A DNA stretch of 64,000 bases, from IMG/VR virus record IMGVR_UViG_3300021356_000010, positions 17,721 through 81,720 of that record; one strand, given 5' to 3'. Shown here in pieces: positions 30,523-38,359 of the stretch. The notes beneath the pieces are model-generated. The model saw nothing but the letters and a program-made list of their open reading frames with translations, ran no database searches and was not told the origin of the DNA. This DNA is from a virus. Each line of letters opens with the position of its first letter. Position 1 is the first letter of the stretch. The position numbers and the translations under genes were made by a program.

Positions 30523-30752
30523 TAGACCGCTTGTGAAACTTTTACTAGATCTTTCTTAATTCCCTCTACATTATTGTGCAGATAATCTAAAGTGTCTGAC
30601 AGTGTTTCGTAGTCTTTCCCTGTGGGGCGTCTATACGCGATCGTCGGTCTCTCCAAGTTCCCCACCCTCTGCTCCAGGCTCTCCAATCTCTGCAACAGCA
30701 CTAGGAGTTTCTCCTCCAAGTTTTTCTGTAGCTGCTCTGACGACTTTTCCAT
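30522..30752 (-). CDS. Small coiled-coil hypothetical protein (76 aa)
   Basis: Heptad pattern plus RRPTGKDYETLSDTLDYLH; stop abuts the next start. Confidence 0.65.
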   Translation of the reverse strand: MEKSSEQLQKNLEEKLLVLLQRLESLEQRVGNLERPTIAYRRPTGKDYETLSDTLDYLHNNVEGIKKDLVKVSQAV

Positions 30753-30867
30753 TATTCTGGTCTCCTCTCATAAATGCCTCAGCGGCGCGTGTCTCAAACT
30801 CATCACAGAACTTGTCGAAGTTTTCTAAGATACTATCGAAGTTCTCAAAGTCGGGTTTTTCAGTCAT
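30631..30867 (-). CDS. Hypothetical protein (78 aa)
   Basis: MTEKPDFENFDSILENFDKFCDEFETRAAEAF; first ORF after the late promoter at 30925. Confidence 0.55.
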   Translation of the reverse strand: MTEKPDFENFDSILENFDKFCDEFETRAAEAFMRGDQNNGKVVRAATEKLGGETPSAVAEIGEPGAEGGELGETDDRV

Positions 30868-30924
30868 TTTTTTGCTGGGAAATTTTTTTCAATTTGAAGG
30901 TTTTGAAAAACCAATTTCGTAAAA

Positions 30925-30931
30925 TATTTAT
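30925..30931 (-). promoter_or_regulatory. Late promoter (ATAAATA) at the start of the PAAR/baseplate block
   Basis: GATAAATATTTT within an A/T-tract intergenic region. Confidence 0.55.
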
Positions 30932-31000
30932 CGATCGTCTGGATACTTTTGTAGGTTAGGGAAGTAGGGCATTTTTGAAATCGCTTGGCGACCCTTAACT

Positions 31001-31030
31001 AACAAATAAGGGGGCAAATCACTGCCCCCT
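31001..31030 (-). terminator. Rho-independent terminator closing the early island
   Basis: Stem AGGGGGCA/TGCCCCCT (31009-31030), 6-nt loop, followed by TATTTGTT on the minus strand. Confidence 0.7.
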
Positions 31031-31043
31031 CACTGTTACTCTG

Positions 31044-31289
31044 TCAGGCAGATGTGTCACAGAGTTCTTCTAACATTTCATCCATTTCTTCACGGTCGAT
31101 GCTGTCATCCTCCCAGTGCAATCCGTCTCCATTATAATCACCGAACACCTGCAGATAAGGGACGAGTTTATCATATCCACTGTGACCATATACGCGGGCA
31201 GTTCTATACAGTGCCTCGTCATTATTGATCCACAGTGATGCACACCATGTCTCCCAATTTGCCCAACCGTTGTAGGTGTTGTCTGCCAT
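31044..31289 (-). CDS. Early hypothetical protein (81 aa, YNGWANWETW family)
   Basis: YNGWxNxETW..SLWINND motif recalled from phage early proteins. Confidence 0.75.
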   Translation of the reverse strand: MADNTYNGWANWETWCASLWINNDEALYRTARVYGHSGYDKLVPYLQVFGDYNGDGLHWEDDSIDREEMDEMLEELCDTSA

Positions 31290-31332
31290 GTGTTGTGTGT
31301 TGTTGTTGTGTGTATCCTAGTCGGTCAGTGGG

Positions 31333-31551
31333 TCAGTGGCGATCACTGATGTTCCAGTTGCCCCACTGTCCTGAGGGTGCGGGGATGCGACCTTCTCGCA
31401 CGTCCTTGCGGTATGCTGCCTCTCTGAGCATGTCCCTTTTAATGCTCTCCATGGCGGCAAAGATCACGGGGTCAGTCTCGCCCTTCTTAATGATGAACCC
31501 GTCGCGTACCTCGTAGCGGTCCTGCAGGTTGGTGGGAAGTTTGTTTGTCAT
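31333..31551 (-). CDS. Early hypothetical protein (72 aa)
   Basis: TATAAT immediately upstream (31558-31563); near-leaderless. Confidence 0.65.
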   Translation of the reverse strand: MTNKLPTNLQDRYEVRDGFIIKKGETDPVIFAAMESIKRDMLREAAYRKDVREGRIPAPSGQWGNWNISDRH

Positions 31552-31585
31552 GTGCCTATTATAGAGGGTCTGTATAGGGAAGGGG

Positions 31586-31771
31586 TCAGGCAGAGACCAC
31601 TTCGTCAGGCGTCACATTCAACCACTTGATCGGTTTGCCACTGGTGAGACGCCATACCGTAGCGGGTTCATCCATTGCAAGGGCGATCCGATACGCTCCG
31701 TTGATGGTGGGGGTGTAGTCTGCCCCCCACTCGTCAAAGTTGCCGAAGGCGGTGGGTTGAACTGCGAACAT
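31586..31771 (-). CDS. Early hypothetical protein (61 aa)
   Basis: Own promoter cassette at 31796-31853. Confidence 0.65.
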   Translation of the reverse strand: MFAVQPTAFGNFDEWGADYTPTINGAYRIALAMDEPATVWRLTSGKPIKWLNVTPDEVVSA

Positions 31772-31795
31772 GCTCAGCGTTGTGTGATTGATCTA

Positions 31796-31853
31796 ATTAT
31801 AGAGGCAAGACCTTTGCCGATGGCGACATAGGTGGACAGTCTGCTCGCTGCAC
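31796..31853 (-). promoter_or_regulatory. Early promoter cassette (degenerate box, N30, TATAAT)
   Basis: Plus strand attata 31796-31801 and gtggacagtctgctcgctgcac from 31832. Confidence 0.55.
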
Positions 31854-31903
31854 CCTGACCAATGGTTGGCAGGTAAGGCATGGTATAGTGGGACATGGTG
31901 TGA

Positions 31904-32245
31904 TCAGGCGAAGACGTAACCACTGCAGAAGTCTTCGGTCTGATATACATTTTTACCGTTGATTGCGCCCACAAACTTGCGAACGTACCATGCAAAGTCT
32001 TTCTGGAAGACACCCTCACCAACAATGCAGAATTCATCACACAATGCATTCAGTCGTGATTTGGTGGTGTTAGATTGCCAACCACCATCAAAGATTGTGA
32101 GAGAGGTGTCATCAACCATGGCGATCTTGTTGCCGTGGAGATACACAAGGGACACACCATCCATGGTCACCACTTCAGTGTTGCCAGACTTCCAGTTCTT
32201 GTTTGCCTGGATAGCACGGCACATTTGCTGTTCGATCTTACGCAT
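31904..32245 (-). CDS. Early hypothetical protein (113 aa, MRKIEQQM...)
   Basis: VYLHGNKIA...DGGWQSNTTKSRLNAL...GVFQKDFAWY motif; start reassigned to lie downstream of the promoter. Confidence 0.8.
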   Translation of the reverse strand: MRKIEQQMCRAIQANKNWKSGNTEVVTMDGVSLVYLHGNKIAMVDDTSLTIFDGGWQSNTTKSRLNALCDEFCIVGEGVFQKDFAWYVRKFVGAINGKNVYQTEDFCSGYVFA

Positions 32246-32274
32246 GAGAGTCGTTGGTTGTTTGACTTGTGTAT

Positions 32275-32332
32275 ACAATACATGGGATGAGGCAGGGCAC
32301 AACCGATGCTGTGCCACTTTGCTCACTGGTCA
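32275..32332 (-). promoter_or_regulatory. Early promoter cassette
   Basis: -10 TATTGT (32275-32280); box gtgccactttgctcactggtca from 32311. Confidence 0.65.
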
Positions 32333-32508
32333 GCGAACATGCCGAAATGGGCATCGACCACGTAATCTATCACGTCATCCGTGGCAGACACGTTGAAACG
32401 ATCGCAGAACCAATCGACGCACATCTCAGCGGGCATCATGGTATCGAACATGAAATCCTGCAGGTCCTGCAGGGTCTGTGGGTTGGAGAGAAGGGTTTTT
32501 GTTTTCAT
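32323..32508 (-). CDS. Early hypothetical protein (61 aa, MKTKTLLSNPQ...)
   Basis: Start at 32508 directly downstream of TATAAT. Confidence 0.7.
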   Translation of the reverse strand: MKTKTLLSNPQTLQDLQDFMFDTMMPAEMCVDWFCDRFNVSATDDVIDYVVDAHFGMFADQ

Positions 32509-32514
32509 GCACCT

Positions 32515-32574
32515 ATTATAAGCACAGGGTCTAGACGAGTGGGGTCTGGTCTGTGCCACTAGGAAAGTTGGCAC
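32515..32574 (-). promoter_or_regulatory. Early promoter cassette
   Basis: TATAAT 32515-32520; inverted-repeat box gtgccactaggaaagttggcac 32553-32574. Confidence 0.7.
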
Positions 32575-32695
32575 ACACTGCATCACATAATGCTTCAATC
32601 AACCCATCACAATCGTCATCAATTCTTGACTCAATGATGCACTCAATGTCTTCCATTAATTGTTCCCGAGCAGTGAGCATTTCAAGCATGTTCAT
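32531..32695 (-). CDS. Small hypothetical protein (54 aa) not in the ORF track
   Basis: Translated by hand: MNMLEMLTAREQLMEDIECIIE...LCDAVCANFP... Confidence 0.6.
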   Translation of the reverse strand: MNMLEMLTAREQLMEDIECIIESRIDDDCDGLIEALCDAVCANFPSGTDQTPLV

Positions 32696-32700
32696 TGTTA

Positions 32701-32862
32701 TCAACCCCCGAACATATCGTCGAACAGTTGTTGAGCATTTTGCTCCAATTCTTCACGGTGTTCTTGTTCCCAACGCTTGTGATCTTCCATGCGTTGCTTT
32801 GCTTCCCATGGTGTCAATTGATCGAGCAAAAGTAATTCACCACGCAGTCCAGTTGTTAGCAT
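32701..32862 (-). CDS. Small hypothetical protein (53 aa) not in the ORF track
   Basis: Translated by hand: MLTTGLRGELLLLDQLTPWEAKQRME...AQQLFDDMFGG*. Confidence 0.6.
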   Translation of the reverse strand: MLTTGLRGELLLLDQLTPWEAKQRMEDHKRWEQEHREELEQNAQQLFDDMFGG

Positions 32863-32891
32863 TGAAAAAGAAAAATCCCTCGAACATGTAT

Positions 32892-32948
32892 AGAATACAC
32901 GATCAAGGGACGAATGGGAGATTAGTGTGCCACTTCAATAAGTGTCAT
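32892..32948 (-). promoter_or_regulatory. Early promoter cassette
   Basis: -10 TATTCT 32892-32897; box gtgccacttcaataagtgtcat from 32927. Confidence 0.65.
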
Positions 32949-33093
32949 CATACTCATTGACTTCACGTTTAAATTTGGTAACTTTCTTTTTAGTCTGTCT
33001 GCGAATATTCTTCACTTCATAACCAAAGTCTTCGAAATCATCATCGAATTGTTGATACTTACTGTCAGAAGACTGATTGTAACGTTTGCCCAT
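32935..33093 (-). CDS. Small charged protein (52 aa) not in the ORF track
   Basis: Translated by hand: MGKRYNQSSDSKYQQFDDDFEDFGYEVKNIRRQTKKKVTKFKREVNEYDDTY*. Confidence 0.6.
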   Translation of the reverse strand: MGKRYNQSSDSKYQQFDDDFEDFGYEVKNIRRQTKKKVTKFKREVNEYDDTY

Positions 33094-33126
33094 GATTTGG
33101 TTGTGGTTTTAACTCAAACTGTGTGA

Positions 33127-33363
33127 TTATTTAGTTACAGCAACTAGTTCTTGTTGTTTGATACAAGAATTCAACAGTTTTCCGATTGATTCTTCGTTTT
33201 GTAGAGTTTTTGACACTTTATCATCGAATTCTTGTGTATTTTCACACTTAAACTCGTATTCTTTGTCAATATTACTATTATACACTACATATACACTCTC
33301 TGTATTAACTTTTAGTGTATTAATAGCTGAACTATTAAGGTTTTCGTAGGTTTTCACAAACAT
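33127..33363 (-). CDS. KTSC-like small protein (78 aa)
   Basis: SSAI..L......V.V.Y.S....EYEF...F......ESIGKL pattern resembles the KTSC domain. Confidence 0.6.
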   Translation of the reverse strand: MFVKTYENLNSSAINTLKVNTESVYVVYNSNIDKEYEFKCENTQEFDDKVSKTLQNEESIGKLLNSCIKQQELVAVTK

Positions 33364-33470
33364 TAAAAAGTTTAAAAAAGGAAAAAACTCAAAATCTTAA
33401 AAAAATGACTTTTTAAGATTTCTCAAAAACTCAAAAAACCCAAAAAGTGAGATTTCTGAATTCTTGAGTT
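33364..33470. other. Very AT-rich non-coding element with hairpins (candidate DNA-unwinding element)
   Basis: A-tracts and repeated aaaaactcaaaa; perfect 12-bp inverted repeat aaatcttaaaaa/tttttaagattt (33392-33421). Confidence 0.55.
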
Positions 33471-33471
33471 T

Positions 33472-33529
33472 ATTATAAACCCTTCTGAGGTGCCTGGGAG
33501 GGGTTCTGTGCCACTTTGAGACCTGTCAC
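33472..33529 (-). promoter_or_regulatory. Early promoter cassette
   Basis: TATAAT 33472-33477; box gtgccactttgagacctgtcac 33508-33529. Confidence 0.7.
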
Positions 33530-33671
33530 ATGCTTTCTTGACTTTCGATAGGTTGCGTGCTAAGCCAACGTCTCTGGAGTGCCTTCTAGGTATCTTCAGA
33601 GTTACTCTAGAGCTCCTCCACTATATTTTTTTAACCATTTAGAAATATATTCACCGAGGGGGGAGAGTTGT

Positions 33672-33899
33672 TCAAAAACCCTGTGCCTGACTGACGCGCT
33701 TAGGTGTTGTATAGTCCAATACATTTACTTTCATACCTTTAGTGTTACCCTGTTGAAACCACCATGCCCTTAGTTGTTCATATGAGTCAAATGTAGCACG
33801 TATCATAGGTCTATTTGCTTGTGGTCCAACAACTGAGTAATAGTGTCTATCATATGGTTCAGTTGATGTACAAGTAAATGATTTAAGTGTTGGTGTCAT
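33672..33899 (-). CDS. Hypothetical protein (75 aa)
   Basis: FTCTSTEPYDRHYY...FDSYEQLRAWWFQ; coupled to the upstream ORF. Confidence 0.65.
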   Translation of the reverse strand: MTPTLKSFTCTSTEPYDRHYYSVVGPQANRPMIRATFDSYEQLRAWWFQQGNTKGMKVNVLDYTTPKRVSQAQGF

Positions 33900-34246
33900 T
33901 AATCTACCTCTGATATGTCTAGGTTATTCTTTTTAATGATTGCATCACGTAAATGTTTATTGACCCATGTAATTGCTTCACCACATTTATCACAACGTAA
34001 TATACCAAAGTGAGACATTCTCTTTGGTCCTATTTCCCAACACTTATAATGATATACTAGAAAGAACTTATCATGTGCACACTGCTGACACTTATGGTAA
34101 GGAAGAAATCGAGGATGATATTTAAACAAAGGATCATTAGGAAGAGTAAATGATCCAACATGTTCAGTGAACTCATTAACAAAGTAATGAGCATGTTTAT
34201 TGATCTCTTCTTGTGTTAAGGATCTATTTGTGTGTTGGTTGATCAC
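33899..34246 (-). CDS. Zn-ribbon hypothetical protein (115 aa)
   Basis: CQQC...CDKC...ITWV. Confidence 0.55.
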   Translation of the reverse strand: MINQHTNRSLTQEEINKHAHYFVNEFTEHVGSFTLPNDPLFKYHPRFLPYHKCQQCAHDKFFLVYHYKCWEIGPKRMSHFGILRCDKCGEAITWVNKHLRDAIIKKNNLDISEVD

Positions 34247-34427
34247 GTTCTTTCTTCACTGTCTGATAGTATAGTTTATAGTATTTGTTCTTCATCTCTG
34301 TTAGTATAGCATTATCTTCATCAAATGCCATGTATTTTGTTAATTGGTATGATCCTTCTAGTTCTGATAGTAAGCGTAGTATGTTAGTTGATGATGGTTT
34401 TAGTCCGCCATGTGAGTATTGTGACAT
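34224..34427 (-). CDS. Hypothetical protein (67 aa)
   Basis: HGGLKPSSTNILRLLSELEGSYQL. Confidence 0.65.
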   Translation of the reverse strand: MSQYSHGGLKPSSTNILRLLSELEGSYQLTKYMAFDEDNAILTEMKNKYYKLYYQTVKKERDQPTHK

Positions 34428-35020
34428 GATATGGATAGTCTATTGGTTGAATCACCGAACTCACCATGAAGGAAAATATTAAAGGAGATAGCGTATCTTA
34501 CTTGATCTGATTGTGATTGTGGTGCTGAGTGTTCAATATGTGATGGGAATAGTAATAGTGTTCCTTCTTCTAGTTGAATATCTAATGTTTTAGAGTTGTA
34601 AATGTTTGATTGATTAGTTGTTGGTATTACTGTTCCTGGTACAAATGATGGTATGAATGGTGATTGATGTAATGAGAGTATGTTACCTGATTGTGGGGGG
34701 ACTTGGATGTAATATATGCCAGTGAAGATAGAGTTAGCATGTGAGTGTTGTGGTAGATAGTCTCCCTTAGTGTGTTTATTACACCAACTATTGATGATTT
34801 GGAACGATTGTTGTATTTGTAGTTCGTTGTGAATGTAATGGGAGATGTGTGGATCTAACTTATCTTCTAGTGTAGGAGTGATTAGTTGTTGATTAGTAGA
34901 GATATAACCATTATTCCCTTCAGACCTATTGTATTGTGTATTGGTGACTAGATCTATCTCGTGTTGATCTACTGGTAAGTTAGTTTGATATAGGGGAGAA
35001 GAGAATAGTGGTATGATCAT
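34400..35020 (-). CDS. 2OG-Fe(II) oxygenase (TIGR02466-like)
   Basis: LFSSPLY; SWCN; HSHANSIFTGIYY; EEGTLLLFPSHIEH...RYAISFN. Confidence 0.85.
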   Translation of the reverse strand: MIIPLFSSPLYQTNLPVDQHEIDLVTNTQYNRSEGNNGYISTNQQLITPTLEDKLDPHISHYIHNELQIQQSFQIINSWCNKHTKGDYLPQHSHANSIFTGIYYIQVPPQSGNILSLHQSPFIPSFVPGTVIPTTNQSNIYNSKTLDIQLEEGTLLLFPSHIEHSAPQSQSDQVRYAISFNIFLHGEFGDSTNRLSISCHNTHMAD

Positions 35021-35182
35021 TTACATATGGTATCTAATCGATACAGTGTGACTAGGGCAATGATGAACTGTAGATATGGTAGCATGAATTGGATACGTTG
35101 TCTCACTTTGGTTTCTTGACTGCCCATGTCATTTCCATAGTAATAGTGAGTAGCAGAGTGAAGATGAGAATGAATGTGGTTG

Positions 35183-35326
35183 TCATTCTTGTGTATGTGC
35201 TAGTTTGAATAGTTCATCTAGGATTGGTGCTAACTCATAATATCGTGCGTTATTGAGATGTTGGAGAGCACGTTCTTGTTCTTTACGAACAATTGCCTCT
35301 ACTTCTTGCCATTGACGTTGGTTCAT
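35183..35326 (-). CDS. Small hypothetical protein (47 aa, MNQRQWQEVEAIVRKEQ...)
   Basis: Start reassigned to 35326 (ATGA overlap). Confidence 0.55.
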   Translation of the reverse strand: MNQRQWQEVEAIVRKEQERALQHLNNARYYELAPILDELFKLAHTQE

Positions 35327-35562
35327 GTGAAGTGCGTTAGAGAGTGATAAACTGCTTCGATATGCATGTTTCCCTTTATGTATCCTGCTACTATGATTGA
35401 TAGTCCGAAGGCGATACATGCCAGGAGTGATAAGATGAGGGGGATTGTTGGATTAGCTACCTGTGTATTGGTAACATTTGTACTTGTGGTCGTATCTATC
35501 GATGTATTTTTGGGCGTGTTCTGTGCAGCAGAACCAACATCGTTTTGATTCTGTGAGGTCAT
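35323..35562 (-). CDS. Small membrane protein (start uncertain)
   Basis: Hydrophobic helix IPLILSLLACIAFGLSIIVAGY followed by HIEAVY. Confidence 0.5.
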   Translation of the reverse strand: MTSQNQNDVGSAAQNTPKNTSIDTTTSTNVTNTQVANPTIPLILSLLACIAFGLSIIVAGYIKGNMHIEAVYHSLTHFT

Positions 35563-35620
35563 GTAAGAAGATAGGGAACGTCTCGATATAAGGGAAATAC
35601 TCCTTCTTACGGGAGTTCAT
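35453..35620 (-). CDS. Small hypothetical protein (55 aa, MNSRKKEYFPYIETFP...)
   Basis: C-terminal part of the 152-aa track ORF; the upstream K/S/T-rich part looks like an off-frame shadow of the AbrB-like gene. Confidence 0.6.
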   Translation of the reverse strand: MNSRKKEYFPYIETFPIFLHDLTESKRCWFCCTEHAQKYIDRYDHKYKCYQYTGS

Positions 35621-35951
35621 AACCTTCAATGGAAGAGGTTTCTTCGATCGACGCTTCGATGTAGTCGTCGTAGATCTCGTCGAATTCTTTACCTTCGCTT
35701 TCGCTGTTGAGGTAGTCTTCGATGTACGCTGCTTTGATTGCGTACCAGTCGTTAGTTTCGCTTGATTCTTCTTTAATGCTGTCTGTGTCTTTGATTTTAG
35801 TGAGGATGATTTGGTTGCCTTTGATACTCCACGCGAGTTCGTCCCCTTCTTTCCAGTCGAGATTTTGGAGGATGTAGTGCGGGATCTCGATGTAGAGGTC
35901 TTGCGTGTCATTATACTGTTGAACTTTAGTCTGAAATGTGTCCATTTTCAA
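35607..35951 (-). CDS. AbrB/MazE/SpoVT-like DNA-binding protein with acidic tail (114 aa)
   Basis: TKVQ......LYIEIPHYILQNLDWKEGDELAWSIKGNQIILTK matches the swapped-hairpin pattern (IP..I...L.W.EGD.L). Confidence 0.7.
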   Translation of the reverse strand: MKMDTFQTKVQQYNDTQDLYIEIPHYILQNLDWKEGDELAWSIKGNQIILTKIKDTDSIKEESSETNDWYAIKAAYIEDYLNSESEGKEFDEIYDDYIEASIEETSSIEGYELP

Positions 35952-36603
35952 TCAACCACTTACGAGTGAGAGGAGTCGGTTCATAATCTGACCACATTGT
36001 GCCCGCAGCACAACTCTGAAGTGCTTTCATGGTCATGCCTTCAGTCTTTCCTGCCCATGATGCCTCTGCTTCCCAGGGTACTGCGGAAGCAGGATATGTA
36101 CGCTCTGCCATCACACGCCATACTGGTGGTACGCTCTCTTCAGGCATAATAATAGCAATCATCTTATTATTGATGCTACCCGCCATACAATCCTGTGCAG
36201 CGTGCCATCCTTCATGACGTACAACACTCATCAATACATGTGGGCGATACATGTATCTCTTGTTGAGATAAAAATGATTGCTCACTGTATGATATACACC
36301 ACGATGACCAATAGGGAAATACTTGTCATCAGCAAGATATACATTGACACCAATGTTCTTGAAAGCAACCATGATTAAGTCAAACTCATCTTTGACTACA
36401 CCCCAATCAGCATCAGGATATGCATTCATGAGATCCATTGATGAGTTGATTCGATCAACACCATCTGTACATTCTTTCAATAGCATACAACCCATGGCAT
36501 CCATGGTCTTGTATCCCTTGGTGATCTTATCCTCATTAGCAAGTGCTAGACCTGCTGATCCTAGACTAATTGCTGTCAGGACTGATAGAATTGCTGCTTT
36601 CAT
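35926..36603 (-). CDS. Secreted/periplasmic HEXXH metallopeptidase-like protein (225 aa)
   Basis: Signal-peptide-like N-terminus; VVRHEGWHAAQDC and downstream WEAEA. Confidence 0.7.
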   Translation of the reverse strand: MKAAILSVLTAISLGSAGLALANEDKITKGYKTMDAMGCMLLKECTDGVDRINSSMDLMNAYPDADWGVVKDEFDLIMVAFKNIGVNVYLADDKYFPIGHRGVYHTVSNHFYLNKRYMYRPHVLMSVVRHEGWHAAQDCMAGSINNKMIAIIMPEESVPPVWRVMAERTYPASAVPWEAEASWAGKTEGMTMKALQSCAAGTMWSDYEPTPLTRKWLIENGHISD

Positions 36604-36692
36604 GTTTAATTTGTGTCAAAAGGTCATCTGCTAACTTGTCCTCACCCTTGTTACATGCTTCCATGTATCGTATGATGAGGTCACGCATCTCA

Positions 36693-36944
36693 TCACTGAT
36701 CGGATGATCGTTCGTAGAAGAGTTCTTGGAGTTCATGCTCATTGAAAAAGAATGTTGGTTCGTTTTCTAGTTGATTGGGGTCCATCCACTCATAGAACTC
36801 ATCAGCGAGCGCCATGGCACTGTCAATATCATCATTAGACATGTGATGACGGAAACGATCTACGATGTAATCATAGATTGAATCACGTTGCTCAGACAAA
36901 CGCTCAGTGATGGCAGTGTCGTCAGTGTAGTTGAAGGAGTTCAT
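36693..36944 (-). CDS. Hypothetical protein (83 aa)
   Basis: ATGA-coupled chain of early ORFs. Confidence 0.65.
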   Translation of the reverse strand: MNSFNYTDDTAITERLSEQRDSIYDYIVDRFRHHMSNDDIDSAMALADEFYEWMDPNQLENEPTFFFNEHELQELFYERSSDQ

Positions 36945-37189
36945 AGTTTGTTGGCGAACAAGATGTTTTGCATGTGATCGTACTGGATGAATTCTACATC
37001 ATCAGGGAGCAGAGAGACAGCAGCAGCGGCGAAATCGTTAGGAAACTTCTTGAATAAGCGCCAGAACTTCTGCACACCATCATAATCTAGATCTTCATGC
37101 GGAAGCACACGGATCTCCCACTTGCCACGAGTGTATCTGTTAGGATATGGGTTGATAAACTCGCGGATGTGATCTTGTAACAGATTCAT
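36941..37189 (-). CDS. Hypothetical protein (82 aa)
   Basis: ATGA-coupled chain. Confidence 0.65.
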   Translation of the reverse strand: MNLLQDHIREFINPYPNRYTRGKWEIRVLPHEDLDYDGVQKFWRLFKKFPNDFAAAAVSLLPDDVEFIQYDHMQNILFANKL

Positions 37190-37413
37190 TTGACAAATAC
37201 CTCACTGTTTTGTTCGATAGTAAGCTGCTGTGCTTGCTTCAAATAATAGCACATGTGTGCTACATACTCAACATCTTCTTCACAGGGATCAAAATCATAG
37301 GCGGCATCCCAATCAACAGTGCCATCAGTATTAACTGGCGCACCATAGAGATCATCACCATCGATTGCGTAAGCATTGCCATCAGCGACGAGATAGAACT
37401 GAGGAGCAGACAT
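37186..37413 (-). CDS. Hypothetical protein (75 aa)
   Basis: ATGA-coupled chain; -10-like hexamer upstream. Confidence 0.65.
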   Translation of the reverse strand: MSAPQFYLVADGNAYAIDGDDLYGAPVNTDGTVDWDAAYDFDPCEEDVEYVAHMCYYLKQAQQLTIEQNSEVFVK

Positions 37414-37460
37414 TAGAGGAAAAGCGTGGATTGATAGTATAATATGTATGGGTCAGAGTG

Positions 37461-37910
37461 TCAAGCGGTGTAGTATGCATTCTTGTAGAGATAACCGCCA
37501 GACCAGTCACACTTCTCCAGAACAAACTCACGCTCAGTGATGATACGAAGATCGAAACGTGGTTCTTTCACAGGTGCTTTGAATGATGCTGCCTTGTGCA
37601 ATTCACCAGTCTTGATGTTGATGAAGGCATGAACACTACGAGAACCACTCTCAGTCTCCATGATCACTTTGTGATACTTGCGACCAGTCTCATAATAGAA
37701 CTTGTACATGCGCTCACCACTCTTGATCTCAGCGAGACGCTTTGCTTTGTACTCAGGATCGTTCTTGCTGAAGAAATTAGCACGGCGGATGCTATCTTCA
37801 ATGAAGTCCTGCATCAGTGCCTCACACAGCATCTCAGTCCAGAGGAGAACGTTCTCTTGGATACGCTCGCGAGCGTCAGCGGTGGCAGCGAATTCAGCGA
37901 AAGTGGTCAT
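37461..37910 (-). CDS. Conserved phage early protein (149 aa)
   Basis: GRKYHKV...SVHAFINIKTGELHKAASFKAP...R motif recalled from T4-like phages; TATACT upstream. Confidence 0.75.
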   Translation of the reverse strand: MTTFAEFAATADARERIQENVLLWTEMLCEALMQDFIEDSIRRANFFSKNDPEYKAKRLAEIKSGERMYKFYYETGRKYHKVIMETESGSRSVHAFINIKTGELHKAASFKAPVKEPRFDLRIITEREFVLEKCDWSGGYLYKNAYYTA

Positions 37911-37922
37911 GGTCTCTTGCGT

Positions 37923-38229
37923 TGATGAACTTAGTATAGGGTAGATCAGGCGTTGCGGATGTCACCTTGGACCACTACGTCAGCTGGCACACGAGAGACA
38001 GTATAGCGCGTGATCTGCTGGGAAAATGGACGCCATGCATCCACAGTCTCATTCACAATACGATTGTGCTGACGATCCATGCCCTTAGCAGTGGTGCAGC
38101 GACCTGCCTTACGGAAGTAGATGATGGGTTGAACAGAGTCCTTGGTGTCGATCTCAACCTTGTAGAAGCAGTGCTTGACGACTTGAACGGTCATGAGTGG
38201 TGTCCCTTGCTGATGAACATAGTATAGGG
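37923..38229. repeat. 19-bp near-identical promoter/leader repeat (37923-37941 and 38211-38229)
   Basis: tgatgaacttagtataggg vs tgatgaacatagtataggg; contains TATACT on the minus strand. Confidence 0.75.
37946..38194 (-). CDS. Hypothetical protein (82 aa)
   Basis: Own TATACT promoter repeat upstream. Confidence 0.7.
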   Translation of the reverse strand: MTVQVVKHCFYKVEIDTKDSVQPIIYFRKAGRCTTAKGMDRQHNRIVNETVDAWRPFSQQITRYTVSRVPADVVVQGDIRNA

Positions 38230-38230
38230 C

Positions 38231-38359
38231 TCAGTCGATCAGTTCCAATGCCTCCTGTGACAGTTCTTCCATTGGCATGTCCTTGTCGATCTCGATCATG
38301 TCATACTCTTCTTCAATCTGCTCCAGGAGCCAGCGGTCGAGCATCACTTCTTCAATCAT
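38231..38359 (-). CDS. Small acidic protein (42 aa, MIEEVMLDRW...)
   Basis: Start reassigned to reduce overlap. Confidence 0.5.
   Translation of the reverse strand: MIEEVMLDRWLLEQIEEEYDMIEIDKDMPMEELSQEALELID

Noticed and set aside
31796-33529. Recurrent gtgccact boxes as a possible CRISPR array
   Set aside because: Spacing is irregular (about 240-580 nt), the repeats are degenerate, the intervals are genes, and no cas genes are present; they are promoter elements.
35621-35911. Histone-like K/S/T-rich N-terminus of the 152-aa ORF
   Set aside because: It is an alternative-frame translation of the acidic AbrB-like gene; only the last 55 aa look like a real protein.
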